Positions 25,025-39,505 of a stretch of DNA of 64,000 nt are shown piece after piece. Location of the stretch: assembly GCA_951406725.2 (NCBI GenBank), contig OX597815.1, forward strand, positions 140,244,001 through 140,308,000, in the 5' to 3' direction. This DNA is from Octopus vulgaris (Eukaryota). Numbering within the stretch: position 1 is the stretch's first letter; each line of letters starts with the position of its first letter. The notes beneath the pieces are model-generated. The model saw only the letters and a program-made list of their open reading frames with translations. It did no database searches and had not been told where the DNA came from. The translations under genes were made by a program, and so were the position numbers.

Positions 25025-27042
25025 CATAGCTATGTGTGTATTTATGTATGTATATTTATAAATATATGCGTATATGCTTATATATCCATACATACATGCT
25101 TACACACTCATGTATATCTTTATGTATATCTGTATGTACATAAATACTCTGTTGTTTTGAACTTTTCCTTGTGAACCGTACATTCAATTAGATCTGTATC
25201 CAGATATTCCCTCTAATTATCGACTCCTTAATTAAATTTAAACCACATAAATCTCTTGACACCGGTCTTACGTCTATGAATGCTCAATTTTATGTCTGGT
25301 ATTAAAAAGTATGCTTATTATAATTACGTTCTTAAGTGATAGCGTATCCATATCAATTTCATCATTATCCTTATTAACCATGCAACCATGTTTAAATTTA
25401 GCGAAGTTCTAACATTATTTCACTGATGTTGGGCGCATTGATATGCTTGCCTCGCCATCTAAAATTAGAAATGTGTCCATTAAAATTTCGGACTGCAAGA
25501 ACCTTCTCCCTTACAAACCATATTTGGAAATTCTACAAACATGATGATTAAAATGCAGTTCTTATAAAATCCAGTTCGTTTAAAACACATGACAGAACAA
25601 AGTGTAGAGGATATTTACACCAGCTTGAAACAGAGGCGAAATTAAATAGTGATGCTGACTTGTGACTGCTGAGTAGTATTTCACCCCTGGGCTTCGAATA
25701 AAGAAACCCATTTTTAGATGACTGCAGGCACACTTTTGGAGTCGAATTACATGAAGAATCATACATCTTATGAATTCTAAATTTTTTTTCTCTCTCTTTT
25801 TCAGCTAAACAAAAAATGGGGAGATGAAGGCGGTGATGTGAAAAGGCGTATCAAAAGAATCACTTGAAATTGTATTCTTTTCTTTCTTTCCTATTGGCTT
25901 CTGGTTTTTCTAACATTTTCCACTACATTAACAACCGAACTAGATAAACAAACAAACAATTTTCTTATTGTTTTCTTTAGCTGTGCTGTTGTAGATAGTT
26001 TCTGCCTCTTTCTCTCTTTCTGTCTCTCCCTCTCTCTTAAAAAGACCTAGACAGAAATAGAGTATTTTTGACGACTGAAAGAACTACGACAATTAAATAT
26101 TTTAGACTCAGTCGGAATATATAAAAATATTTTTCATAATTTGATTACTGTTTTATTACACTATTTTTGAGTATTATTATTCAGAAGATGAAATACTCGA
26201 CCAAATCTGAAAAACAAAATCTTACTGCAAGAACACGTTTTTATAAATTATTACCAGCTTCAACAGAAGAAACATAAAATTCGGTTGCCATTTTACTAAG
26301 CCAAGAACCTAACTGTGGCATAGAAATAATATAGATGCAACAATGCTGAGAGGAAATACTTATCTGACCAATATAATGAGCTTCGCACTGCAGGCTTTTA
26401 ACTTTGGTAATTGCTTTCCTGATATTATTGCTGTGAAAAGCCACCACTACAGTAATAGTTCTGCACTTAATAAATCTGAGTTCATTTTAAACACAACTCT
26501 TACCAATTCTATGGCTGAAACATATATCATCAAAACAAAAGTGGTAAGGATAGAATCATTGACAGTATCGTGGATTTAGGAACGTTGAATAAATTCAGAT
26601 TGAAGACACAGGGTAACAGATAACAGATATAGAGAATGGATTAAAAACGTTAGATAATAGATAATAGATAATAGACAGTTAATAGAAAATAGAGTTAGAT
26701 AATATATAGATAATAGATAAAGGTAACAGATAATAGGTCAGAGGTAATGGAGTTAGTTATCAGATAAGACATAAATAATAGACATAGAGAATAAGTAGAA
26801 GACCTACGTAATAATAGACAGTATTTCAGTGAAAATAAAATAATAAACATTATAAAAGCTATAAAGTTGAAAAATAGTTGCTTTATCATTTTTTTCACAA
26901 GTTCAGATGTTCATGAAGAACTCTATCAACTGTCACCGAACTGACTCCTCGACTATGCACCATCCTAGACTATGCGCCATCTCACTCAGGTTTACTCACC
27001 GCTGTTCTTTTATGAAATAGATAGAATGAAGGATAAAGACCG

Positions 27043-27238
27043 TTCCTGAGTCATACAGCCTCATAAGACTGGTGTCCTAGTTTACGTGGCAGTATTAGTC
27101 ATTTTTGTCAGCTGAGTGAACTGGAGGAACAGGAAATGAAGTGCTTCACACAAGAACATAGTTCATTGCCCTGTCCAGGAATCGAAATCACAATCTTACG
27201 ATCATGAATCTAACACCCCTTACCACTAAGCCACTCGC
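27043..27238 (-). mobile_element. tRNA-derived SINE family C
   Basis: The reverse complement has GGCGAGTGGCTTAGTGGTAAGGG...TTCGATTCCTGG...CTCCAGTTCACTCAGCTG, homologous to 57603-57900. Confidence 0.7.
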
Positions 27239-27605
27239 CACCATTCTAATATGAAATGCTCAAGAATAATGACTTTTTAATCGCAGTTTACATTCACCCA
27301 TCGCTCTAACCGCTCTTCATCTTCATGGAATTGCATCAGCAGTCTAGTTTTCGACCATTGTACACAAGGAGCAGTTCTCACGGCTCAGATTTTGAATGCA
27401 GTCGTAGACTTCCTGAAGTTCTAACTTCAGTGTTAAAAAAAAATGATAATATCAACACGATGCTTCAGTTTGTGGTTCCGATTTTCGTTGGTCATCAACA
27501 ATGGCTTCAATTTTCGTTTCTGAAACGTAAACCATAAGGTGCGCGCGTACATAAACATACATTCATACGTACAAACACATACGTACATACATATGTTATA
27601 GTAAT

Positions 27606-27793
27606 CCTTTCTAATATAGGCACAAGGCCTGGAAATATCTTGGGGAGGTGTGTAGTCGATTACATCGACCCCCGAAAATTATGAAAGTCAAAGTCGACGT
27701 CGATGGCATCTGAACTCAGAACGTAATGTCAGAAGAAATGCCGATGCGTTAACAATTCTGCCAGCTTACCGCCCTTTTTTATAGGTTATAATA

Positions 27794-27862
<69 letters not shown>

Positions 27863-28070
27863 GTCCTTTCTACTAAAGGAATAAGACCTGAAATTTTGGG
27901 GGAGGGGACTAGTCGATTACATCAAGCCAGTGTTTCACTGGTACTTAATTGATCGATTCCGAAGGAGTGAAAGGCAAAGTCGACCTTGGCGGAAAGAGCT
28001 CAGATCGTATGGACGGGTGAAATACCGCTAAGCATTTCGTTCAGCGTGCTAACGATTCTGCCAGATCGCC
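27606..28070 (-). mobile_element. Two SINE family A copies separated by (AAT)n
   Basis: Units at about 27606-27775 and about 27865-28070. Confidence 0.8.
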
Positions 28071-28101
28071 ACATTCCTACTACAACAACAACAATAATAA
28101 T

Positions 28102-28658
28102 GCCCTGATACAGTACCAGACAGTGGCTCGCCTGCTTCAGATCTTAACTGATTGGAAGTGTTATCAAGTACATTGTTTTGTCTTGGTATAAAAGATGGGC
28201 TACAGCAAACATTCTGCTCAAAACCACAGATTTGCTTGTCAGTTGTTTGACGTTAACCAGTTGAGCATGTCCCTTAGTGGTTGACGATATGAGCATCTCT
28301 GATCACGAGCAGAAGTAGTGGGGAAGCATCATAGGTATGTGATGAGAGGGATTATTTGGGGTTTGAATAATTCACCTCTGGAAACATGGGTGTTTCGTTC
28401 AACATCCTTAAACAACCCTTATTCAGAGACCTTTTGAGCGGGATGGGTTACTCGACCAGAAGAAAATTCTAACTGGGCCACACCTACAAGGTCATGCGCT
28501 GCTTATCTTGATATGAAATCACCATGTCGCGCAGATATCTTTGTGATGCATGTGCCTGGTGTACCCTTATCAGACGGGTAGCCATGATGGGTATACTGGG
28601 CTTCGTATATTTTACCCCAGTGTCCCTTTGATGGCATGCACTGCTCTCTCTCGCACTC
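28102..28658 (+). mobile_element. (TAA)n-tailed retroelement 3' region, longer copy (unclassified, non-coding)
   Basis: (AAT)n on both sides; the 3' 255 bp are duplicated at 19555-19808. Confidence 0.7.
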
Positions 28659-28714
<56 letters not shown>

Positions 28715-28722
28715 TAATAATG

Positions 28723-28785
<63 letters not shown>

Positions 28786-29689
28786 TTAATAATAATTATA
28801 ATAATAATAATAATAATGATAATTTGAAATCACTGTGAAAGAGATCATAGTTAGTTTCAAGATTTCTGAATGCACAGTAACATAGACATATACCAGATGA
28901 CTATATCAAATATTTTATTGAATCTTATATATCTGTAAACATCAGTCCGAAGTAAGTGACAACAAACACAAAACATGTTTCCAGGAGGTATTTTCTTGTG
29001 TCGTAGACATTCTCCAGCTATTTAACATTGAACAGGCTTAGTTCTCTTCGAGTATTATTTTTATTGTTTTCATGTATCATTATATTGGATCTTTCATCAA
29101 GAATTAACATCAAGTATGTAAATAAATAATAAATAACTACCGGAGTCGAGAAACTAGCGACAAACCCACCTTCGGGATTTGAAACTTCATACTACATAAT
29201 TGAGAGTTAGCAAGAGATTTATGTTTAAAATACAGCATACACATGCATTAGAAATTTATACAAGACTCACACTCGTATATGTACATATTTACAGTTCTAA
29301 AAATGTGTATGTATGCATGTGGTAAATAGCATTAGAAAACAATAATTAGAAATCTTATATAGCTATTCTTGCACTGAGGTAGTTGTATCTGTCAGTGGTT
29401 TTGCTATGACTTAGAATTTTCGAATTATCTTAACTAATTTTAATGTAATAAAATATGTTTAATTGATTATTAATATTTCAGTATTCGCAAGGGATTAAAT
29501 ACTTAACGAAGTTTGCATTTGCGATGTAAGGAACTCTAGCTCATCGAATATCTGTATCAAGCCTGATGGAATATCTTAACAAAATATTTAAGATATTTTT
29601 TTCAGAAATATGTATAATAGATAAGTTGTTTGACAGGAATTTAAAATTCTAGTATTCCATTATTCAAGTCTGGGAATATATTGTATGGA

Positions 29690-30275
29690 TTGATGTAAAA
29701 TTGTTGACTTGAACAACTATACTTTTAGTTGTTTACTTACATTCTAAGTTGACAAAATACATTGTTAATTGTCAAGCTACGCTATTAGCTGACAAATAAT
29801 TTCTTTTACTGGACAAACTCCTAAATTACAATGCTGGTTTCCAAATTGCATTGACAACTGGTTAACTATATTATTTTCTACTCTAGGTAAAAGGCCTGAA
29901 ATTTTGAGGGTGGAGGCCAGTCGATTAGATCAACCACAGTACGCAACTGGTACTTAATTTATCGACCCCGAAAGGATGAAAGGCAAAGTCGACCTCGGCG
30001 GAATTTGAACTCAGAGCATAAAGACAAACGAAATACCGCTAAGCATTTAGCCCGGCGTGCTAACGTTTCTGCCAGCTCGCCGCCTTGCTGGTTAACTATA
30101 TTGTTAGTTGTTAAAGTACACTTAAGTTGACTAACGATGTTATTATATGGCTAACTACACTTTTGGTTGTTTAACTCATGTATCAGTTGGTCAACAGCAT
30201 TTTTAAGTGTCAAACTATACTTGTGTTGACTATATACATTGTTACTCGATTAAATATACTGCTAGCTGGCAAACA
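29690..30275. repeat. Degenerate minisatellite with a period of about 20 bp, split by a SINE
   Basis: Units resembling TACATTGTTAGTTGACAAAC recur on both sides of 29873-30087. Confidence 0.55.
29873..30087 (-). mobile_element. Full-length SINE family A with a perfect 15-bp TSD
   Basis: CTGGTTAACTATATT at 29858-29872 and 30088-30102. Confidence 0.9.
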
Positions 30276-30825
30276 AACTTGTATGTCAAATCACACATCT
30301 AGTTTAGCAAATCTCCACTGATGCACACAACCGTCCTATTCACATTTTTAGGTGGAACCTAGCTGTATCTAATAAGATCACTGAACCTGAGCATGCTCAT
30401 ATATAAAAGGCTGAGAATCATGGAATCATATTTAGACGACCATAACCCCATCGTATCAATTGATTTTCTTCAAACATGCATGTATACATGCATACATAAA
30501 TATATAAATACCGCATAAATACGTATGTTCAAATACGAGGAAGAATGCTCAGAGAAAGACAAAACAGAGGGAAAGAGACAGAGAAAAGGAGGGAGATAAA
30601 GAGTGAGAGATAGAGGGAGAGAGAGACGGGCGAGGAAGCCCAGAATGCTTGAACTTAGTCCGTTTCCATGGTATTTAAGCAGCTAAGAGTACAAGACTCC
30701 ACCAGTGACCTGGAATCACTATCCCCCAACGGACGCAGTTACTCATTTTCCAGCCATGCCACCGATGCTGCGTGAAATGAAATTTTTGTCCGTGGTCATA
30801 GGACTCATCAGCTTGCGATTAACAG

Positions 30826-30864
30826 ACGCTGAGGACGGGTAACCACCCAGAAACTCGAGTCCGT
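30826..30864 (+). ncRNA. Minimal type I hammerhead ribozyme (single copy in the window)
   Basis: ACG|CTGAGGA|C-GGGT-AACC-ACCC-A|GAAA|CTCGAG|TC|CGT: intact core, palindromic stem III ACTCGAGT, GUC cleavage site after 30861. Confidence 0.65.
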
Positions 30865-31102
30865 ATGTATCACGTAAAGCTAGAAATGGGAGCGATGACC
30901 TCCCCTCGCAAATACTATTCGGACAGAGAATGAGTGTCGTTAGCCAGCTGGAAGAGATGTCTTATTGGGGTTATAAACGTTAGTAGCGCTGTCCTGCAGA
31001 GAACACCACATTTGCTTGGCTATTATATGTTACGATTCCGCATTACTAATGGTTATATCTCGCTCACAGATTTAATACATACTTAAATACATACACCCAC
31101 GC

Positions 31103-31188
<86 letters not shown>

Positions 31189-31294
31189 TAGGGCCTATGC
31201 TTCTTTAGGGTTACTTCAGTCGACTCAGCTGAAAATGCGTAGCTGCTTTCGTTCATGCATGATATACATACAAATATGTGCACATATACATGCA

Positions 31295-31365
<71 letters not shown>

Positions 31366-31949
31366 GCATAATACACACACACACATCAGAACGACATGAG
31401 CGTACAGCCATGCCATGTATTTGAAGATAAGTGAAAATTTAACCAGTTCATCGTTTTAAATTACTTAATCTGTCAATGTTTTTTTCCACTTACATGCTAG
31501 AATTTTTGTTAGTTCTTTGTCAGATATGTTGTAGGAAGATAATATTTCGCTGAAGAGTTTATTGAAACGAAATAGACGCATTCTTGTTGCAACGTTCTTC
31601 CCCCTCGTAGCCCGTTGGAAAAAATGCTCACATAAAAAAAAAAAAAATCAATTCGCATTCTAGAAATATCTTCCTTGCCATAGTTTTCAAAAATTACCAA
31701 TAACACTAATGATTTCTTTTCGTGTTATGTGGTTTTAATTGATTACACATTAATCTACTACATTACGTATATTTGTCCCTATTTAATGAAGGTATTTAAT
31801 GATGTAATTATCAGCGTATATATTTTTAGTAGTTTTAATTAGACAAGTTATAAGCCTTCGACTTTTATTTGATTAGGCACTCTAAAACTTTAATATAAAA
31901 TTATTTATATACATGTGTGTGTGTGCGTGTGTGCGTGTGTGCGCGTGCC

Positions 31950-32032
<83 letters not shown>

Positions 32033-32094
32033 TTACACACACATGTCTGTCTGTGTGTGTCTATTCTTTTATTCATTAATTGGCTTCAGCCAGT

Positions 32095-32170
32095 AAATGT
32101 AGTGTTGTCGAGTTCGGTGGTTGGTATAGCTTTTAATTCTAAAGTTGGGGGCTAAACCTTCGAAGATCTT

Positions 32171-32213
<43 letters not shown>

Positions 32214-33245
32214 AATACATATATACACATATACGTATACACACACACACACACATATATATCACTGCACACTTTTCTCGCCTTCTCTCCAGAGAGTAGA
32301 GTTTCAGTTCTTGTAGCCTCTCACGGAAGCTCACCTATTTCACCGAGTCAATTTTCTTTGTGTAGCGGCGTTGGATTGCCTCAAGTTGTGCCACCAATTT
32401 GACGCTCTGTGACGACCACAGTTGAGAGCAGTAATCCAGATGTCTGAGGACAAATGTTCTCCATAGGAGTAGCAAGGCATCCTTATTTCTGTTTCTGAAT
32501 GAGTTAAGGATCCATCCAATTACTCGTCTGCACAGTGTTGCCATCCTGGCAATATGCACATGAAATGTTACAGCACCACTCATGTAGATTCCCAGGCCAC
32601 GCACCGATTCTAGCTCTGGGATTCTACTGACCTCTGGTCCTATGTATTCCGATTGTAGTCTGTGTGTGGGGCGATAGCTGAGTGCTTGAAACTCAGCAAC
32701 ATTTAACTGTATGTTATTTTCATCAGCCCATTTTTATATTGCACACAGGTTATTTTGCAGTTTTACTATGTCATCAGGATCCTTGACCGCCTGAGACACC
32801 TTTGTATCATCAGCGCAGTTGGTGAGAGTGAATGACTGTACGAGTGACGGCATGTCTGGGAGAGCCACTACAAACAGTAGTGGTCCCAGTACAGTTCCCC
32901 GAGAAACTTCACTGTGGATTGATGTCTCCCCAGATGGAGCGCTACTGCTGGCAACTGACTTTCTCCTTTAAAAAGTCGCACAGGCACTCTCTCGGTTTTC
33001 TAGTGATACCAAGTTCGCATAGTTTGTGAAATATCGTTCCATGATCGATTTTGTCAAAGAATTTGGAAAAGTTGAAATATATCATATCCACATCTGTGTG
33101 GTTGAGCTGATGTTTCAGTACCTAATCATAATATTGGAGTAGCTGTATGAGGCAGCTCCTCCCTGGGTAGAGAGCATGTTGTGTGTTTGTGAGCAAGTTA
33201 TTCTCTTCCAAGAACGTGATCAGTCTCCTTCTGACAATGCGTTCA
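32095..33245 (-). mobile_element. Decayed CR1-group LINE reverse transcriptase fragment
   Basis: [78 protein letters not shown]; contains stops, frameshifts and an internal (TA)n expansion. Confidence 0.85.
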
Positions 33246-33303
33246 ATTTCTTTTTTCCTTCCCTCTTCCTCTATGTATGTATGCATGTATGTATGTATAT
33301 ATG

Positions 33304-33459
<156 letters not shown>

Positions 33460-34328
33460 CATACACACATGTAATGTACACACACATACACACCCATGCA
33501 TATGTATTATTACGAGAGGGAACGGACATTTTAGAAGAAAAGATTATACTCAATATCACACACACACACATACACACACACACACCCTCCCTCTCTCTCT
33601 CTGTTTCTCTCTCGCTCTCTTTCTATCTCGCACATACACCATAACTCTAACCATAATCTAGCAAAACATATTTTGTCCGATCACAGCACGGATTAAATAC
33701 CTTGGATTAAATACCTTGGCTCTTTGAGTGAGCACTTTAATCTGAGTGGTCTGGCAAAATTTCTTTGAACTTGTAATCTCCGTGAAGATATCTATATATA
33801 TATATATATATTCATCTCTCATAGATCCTGATCATTTATGATTTACCCACATACACACACACACTCACAGACACACACATACACGTACACACACATATAC
33901 ATACTCCGAGTAGCATACAATCAAGAATTTGGACTCACGTGGACCGGTTTCTGGACTGGAATAATAGACTAACCTTCTTCAGCACGCGTTACCATAATAG
34001 AGAGCCCCAATGAGTCGAGTTGAAGTCTGCACTGCAACTGATTCGTTTTGCCCCGAAATCACAACAGCCACCAGTGTGAAAATAATTTCACTACGGAGCA
34101 AATAATTCACGAAACAATATTTTGCGAAGATATCATTGACTCTATTATTATCTAGTGTAACAATTCAAATATGATCATAATAGAATCAATAATATAGGCG
34201 ATTGCAAGCCTCCCAAAATGCATTAGATAGCAGAAGGATCAAAATTAATCAAAGGACATACTAAGTATGTCTACCAGCTGGAAATAACAGTAAAAAATCT
34301 TATTTAAATTGCTAAAATACACTGATAG

Positions 34329-37113
34329 CACTGGTAAAAAAAAAATTGAACTAGTGTTGAGACACTAAACATCGTTTTTTTTTAGCTAATTTAAGGGCGC
34401 TGAATCTGAAAATGACCTTACTTTTTCTTGGTTAGCTACCGTTTTTGCTATACAGAAATGCCTCATTTTTGGGGAAAAAAAGCATTTTCTTCATTTGTTT
34501 TCTGTATATTTGATATTGATCGATGGCAATATTTCTCGAAGTAAAATCGTAGAAATCTCTCAATTCATATTTAAACCAACAAATTTTGGTCCGCTTATTG
34601 AGAAATACTATTTTTGTCATAACAATCAGACCCTAAGTCTCTAAAAATAGCACGATTGAATATAACAGGACCAACAAGTATTTTCATCATATCATTAAAT
34701 AAACTAACATAAGAACTATGGTAAAATATTTCTCTTTCTTGATTGTCTGTCATGTTCAATGCTATATAAGTCCCTTTTGATACTCCAGCAGTAGTCCGCC
34801 ATCATTCGTTTGTCCCACCGTCCCTGGTAGCTCTCCTCCATAGTTTTGATATCCTGACGGAATCGTTCTCTTTGTTCATCACTCACATCGCCGCAATTAT
34901 CCGGAAATTTATCTAGATGGCTATGTAAAAAATGAACCTTAATAATCGTATTAGCGCCTATGTCCTACAGACTTTTCAACAGCATTTTCCCTAACTTTTT
35001 GTAGTTTTCAGCCCGGCGATTGCCTAAGAAGTTTTTCACCATGTCAACAAATGATGTCCAAGCAAGTCATTCATTGAATTAACAAATTCATCATCCTTAA
35101 TGAGTTTCCTGATATCAGGGCCATCAAACACTCCTGCTTTGAGTTTTTCGGTGCTAAGTCCTGGAAATGATTTACATATATAATCAAAACATTTACTTTC
35201 TTAATCCCAATTTGATATGCAGGGGAGGGAAGATGATTTTTTTTCTTTTGGAACTAGCGCTACACTAATAACGTTCTTTTCACTGACCTCCAACTCTCGG
35301 GGTGGCCAATCTTTCCTTTTCCAGTGATCTTCTTTTGCTCTACTGTCCTACATACACAAAAACATGGGAATTATATGTAGCCATTTGTTGACCAAGCAGT
35401 AAATTTACCATTTTCAGATTGACGCAAAACACCCATTTATGTTTGGTATAGTCAATCTGTTCCATAACCTGTTTGATGGCATCATTCTTTCAGTGTTGTT
35501 GAACAACCTAGAGGTATTGGCACATACATGGTATTATGGAACAAAGCATATTTCAGACTACGTTTTGAACTATCAATGAACAATCTCTATTCATCAGGAT
35601 CGTATTTGTAGACGCCTAGTCAAAGAAGAACGCTCTCAGCGTCATTGTAATGAACAAGATCCGTGTTCTCATTAAAGAATGGTACAAATTCATTCAGCAT
35701 CCCTATTTCGATAGAATGTTACCTTTGTGCCTTTTGCTAACAGGTGTTTTTCGTTGAACCTAGAGGCTTTGCTGATTCTTTACTTAGATTTAACTCTGGA
35801 ACCAAATCATTCAGCTTATTTGGGTTAAACAGTTCTGGCACGGTTTCGGGAACATAGTCAGGATCATTTTCGCTGTATCTCTCATTTACATTAGTATCAG
35901 ACTCGTCACTTTCAACAAGTTTCAACAAAATTTCGTGAAAAACTGCGATTGGCAAATCATCTGAATGCGGCACTGGTCGACTAGCGGAATGAAGACTGGG
36001 ATAGTCGATAGTTCCGCAACACTAACTGAGCAGAAGTAACATTCGTCAGAGTTGTTCTTTGGCTCACGCCAGATCATAGGAATAGCGAATCTCAGCGATT
36101 TTCGGGTACCTGATGTCCACTGTCTCATGTGTTTCAAACATCTTGCAAACAATGTGAGGGGCCCATGATTTCTCCTAATCACCAAGCTCGACGTAAAAGT
36201 AAGCACGATAGGCTTTCTTGTAACAGTCAGATATCGGTTTCCTGTTAGCTTTCGGTATGAACTCACCGCATGTATAGCAAAACAAGTTGGGATCATTTTT
36301 GCATCCTCTCGTTGAAGCCCTGTAATTTGATATCTATCTCTATGATTAAAAAAGAACAGGAGTTGTTTGAGCATTTACATTACACTTTGCGTGTTCGCAT
36401 TTAGGTAACTTGATCTTTCCTAATGTCCTACGGAAAGACTCGTAAAACTATAAATAACAAAAGACAGAAAGAGTCGTTATGCTGATTCTAATTCGTATCT
36501 TTGTAATCCCGCGTGGAGGGCAGATGTTATGGTGAAACCATTTTCATGATGTTCGTCATGTACAATAGAATAGGTGCATTCAATTGGGATGTCTTTAGTT
36601 GGAGTTTTTCAAACTATGAAAACAAAAGCTCTTAATGCGCTTGGTTTCCTTCCGTATTGAAGGAATAAAAGTGATGGGATAAATTTATGAATATCAAACA
36701 GAAAATTTCAGGGCTTCATTTTTTTCATATTACCTTAATTATCAGGTTTACTAAAGTGTAGTACTGATATCAGTTAATTTGAATTTTGGCAATAAATTGG
36801 AAAATTCGGTACTTTGTTTTAAACGATTTGACTCAAAAACACCTTTTTCTTGTAAAAATAGTTTATTTCAGGTGGCTGATATAAACTGCTCGGCCTACAT
36901 GACAATTCATGGGTTTCTACTACCTTTTTAAACTAAATTTTGCGATCAGCCAAGATCGAAAATTGATTCTTTTTTCCCCAAAATGAACAATTTCAGTACA
37001 GCAAAAATGGTGGTTAACCATGAAAAACGTAAGTCATTTTCGGAATCAGTACCATCAAATTAGCTAACATTACGTGTTATATATCTTGGCACCAAAATTC
37101 GTGTTGACAAGTG
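34329..37113 (-). mobile_element. Chapaev3-type (CMC) DNA transposon, apparently full length but decayed
   Basis: CAC...GTG ends with imperfect TIRs of about 120 bp (shared TTAGCTAATTT...GAAAATGAC...TTTTTGCT); 3-bp flanks TAG and TAA; transposase remnants inside. Confidence 0.8.
34750..36305 (-). pseudogene. Chapaev3-like transposase pseudogene
   Basis: CKNDPNLFCYTCGEF, RQWTSGTRKSLRFAIPMIWREPKNNSDECYFC and KVHFLHSHLDKFPDNCGDVSDEQRERFRQDIKTMEESYQGRWDKRMMADYCW; multiple frameshifts. Confidence 0.85.
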
Positions 37114-37185
37114 TAATAACTACAAAATTCAACCGTCCGGTTGTGATTGTGAGTCCGACACGCTGCACACTGAGCCATGCGCCCT

Positions 37186-37262
<77 letters not shown>

Positions 37263-37414
37263 TATGTACTTATTTACTTATTTCATTCGTTTACTTGAAT
37301 CATTTACACATATATTTGTAATCAATTAATAAACAGATATAATTGAATGTTTACTGGCTGATGTTCGTCAGTTGTTTGCCCTCTCCATTTTCTTGTTTGC
37401 CTTATATATATATG

Positions 37415-37480
<66 letters not shown>

Positions 37481-38852
37481 CGTAAATATAATTCTTCCGT
37501 GGCATAACGAACAGTCTACACTTCAGGTTATGTCATGGTAACTCAAAACAAATCTGAAATACCTTTATTATATAGTCTCAGAAAAAAAGTGTATTCGGGA
37601 GATTTCACTTTATTCACAAATACTAGAATTACTATGTATAGAATGTACCGAGGAAGCGAGGATAGTCGATAAATACAAATTCAGAAAAAAGAATACAATA
37701 AACTAAATAAAATAAGATACAAAATAAAATATAAAATAAGAAAAAATAATTTTATCATAAAGATTTGCCTATCTAAAGATGTGGCTGACCATCCCGTAGT
37801 ATGTAAATCCATGTGATGAACAACAAAGGATAAGATGAATTGGATGAGAAGTAAAGCGAGGAATGCCGAATGATACATAGGATTTAAACATTGGTGTAAG
37901 AGGCCTGATTTGTTAAAGACAGTGAATTTGTTTTACTAGTTTGACTTAACTGTCTCTGTCTGTTTGCCTTCCATATTCTCTGTGTCTCTCGTACACATCC
38001 GATTGTGTTAAAAGATTTGTTATTTAAAATTTCATAAATTTAAAGCGTACCTTGATATTTAGAAATTCTTATGTTTTTCCTTTAAATAAAACGTTATTTA
38101 AAAGAGTTAAACAGTTTCCTGTTATTATTAAGTCAGTTGTAATTTTTGAAGACACGGATGTGTTAGTAACTTAGCAAAAAAAAAAAAAAAAACGACTGCT
38201 GATATTGTATGGAAAAAAATTCCCTTGTCGAATGCAAAATATGAAGTGAAAGGAATGTTATCATTTTTTTTTACCAGTAGTGAACAGAAACATATTTAGT
38301 TGATGATTTGTATGGCAGAAACACTCGTATATTATGATATGGAGATAAAAAGGTAGCGCGTATAGATTTAGATAGAAAACTAGATATTTGTAGGTGTTAG
38401 ATGATAGTAAGTTTTAAAATATGGATGTAGCATTATATGCATAGTCAGTGAAAATGGTAAAATATGTCGAGAATACACCTAAAGAATATATTACTGAATA
38501 ACTTGAAAACTAGGAAATTTTATACAGTGAATGGATCAATAGATGAAACAAATCAATGCAACGAAATATTTCTATTATGTTCGTCCTATCAAGTTTCGAT
38601 GACCAGAGAAAGAAAAAAAAAATGAGAATCTGACACATTGGTATATCAAAGATGAGACAAACCCATGTGTGTGAAAAGCTTTGCTGATCATTTGAATATT
38701 GTGAAAAAAGTTGGTAACATAATCTAACATTGAGGTAAATACGCATTCTGAATTATCTTTATATTGCTAACTCAGAAATATCGTCTAAAGTTTTGTGCCA
38801 TCCGTAGTTGATAAACGCTATAGTCATTACCATATCATTGTAAAATAAACAG

Positions 38853-39505
38853 AAGGCGGCGAGAGGGTAAAATAGCACGCCGGTCAAAATGTTTAATGGC
38901 ACTTCTAGCTTTACTTCTGAGTTCGAATTCTGCTAGGGTCAACTTTGCCTGTCTTCTTTTTGGGTGATTAAATTAGTACCAACTGAACACTAAAGTTGAT
39001 GTAATCGAAAAACATTTTACCACTAAAATTTCAGATCTTGTGCTTATAGTAGAAATGATCGTATAAGAGATAACTTCAGTATTGTTGTATGCATTTAATA
39101 GTTAATGTATCAGAAGGTGGTTAGCTGGCAGTAATCCCGAGCGAAATGCTTACAGGTATTTCGTCTGTTTTTACGTTCTGAGTTCAAATTCCACCGCGGT
39201 CGACTTTGCATTTCATCCTCTTGGGATCGATAAACTAAGTACCAGTTGAGCACTGGGGTCGATCTAATCGACTGGCCCCCTCCCCCAAAATTTCGGGCCT
39301 TGTGTCTCGAGTAGAAAAGAAAATGTAATACCAGAATATGTATCAGAAAGTGGCGAGTTGGCAGGATTATTAACACGCCGAGCAATATGCTTAGCGGCAC
39401 TTTGACCGTTTCAAGATGCAAGTTCAAATTCTGCCGAGGTCGACATTGTCTTTCATCTGTTCTGGCTTGATAATAGAAGTACCAGATGCACACTGACGTC
39501 GATTT
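38853..39505 (+). mobile_element. Three tandem SINE family A copies
   Basis: Heads at about 38853, 39113 and 39347, each with a GTTC(A/G)AATTC B box. Confidence 0.75.

Noticed and set aside
25450-25770. Possible Penelope RT C-terminal remnant (VLNELDFIRTAF, minus strand)
   Set aside because: The similarity is too short and decayed to support without a profile search.
30783-30816. Minus-strand CTGATGA-GTCC...GGAC hammerhead-like motif
   Set aside because: Followed by AAAA rather than GAAA, has no stem I or III, and overlaps a decayed SINE C core.
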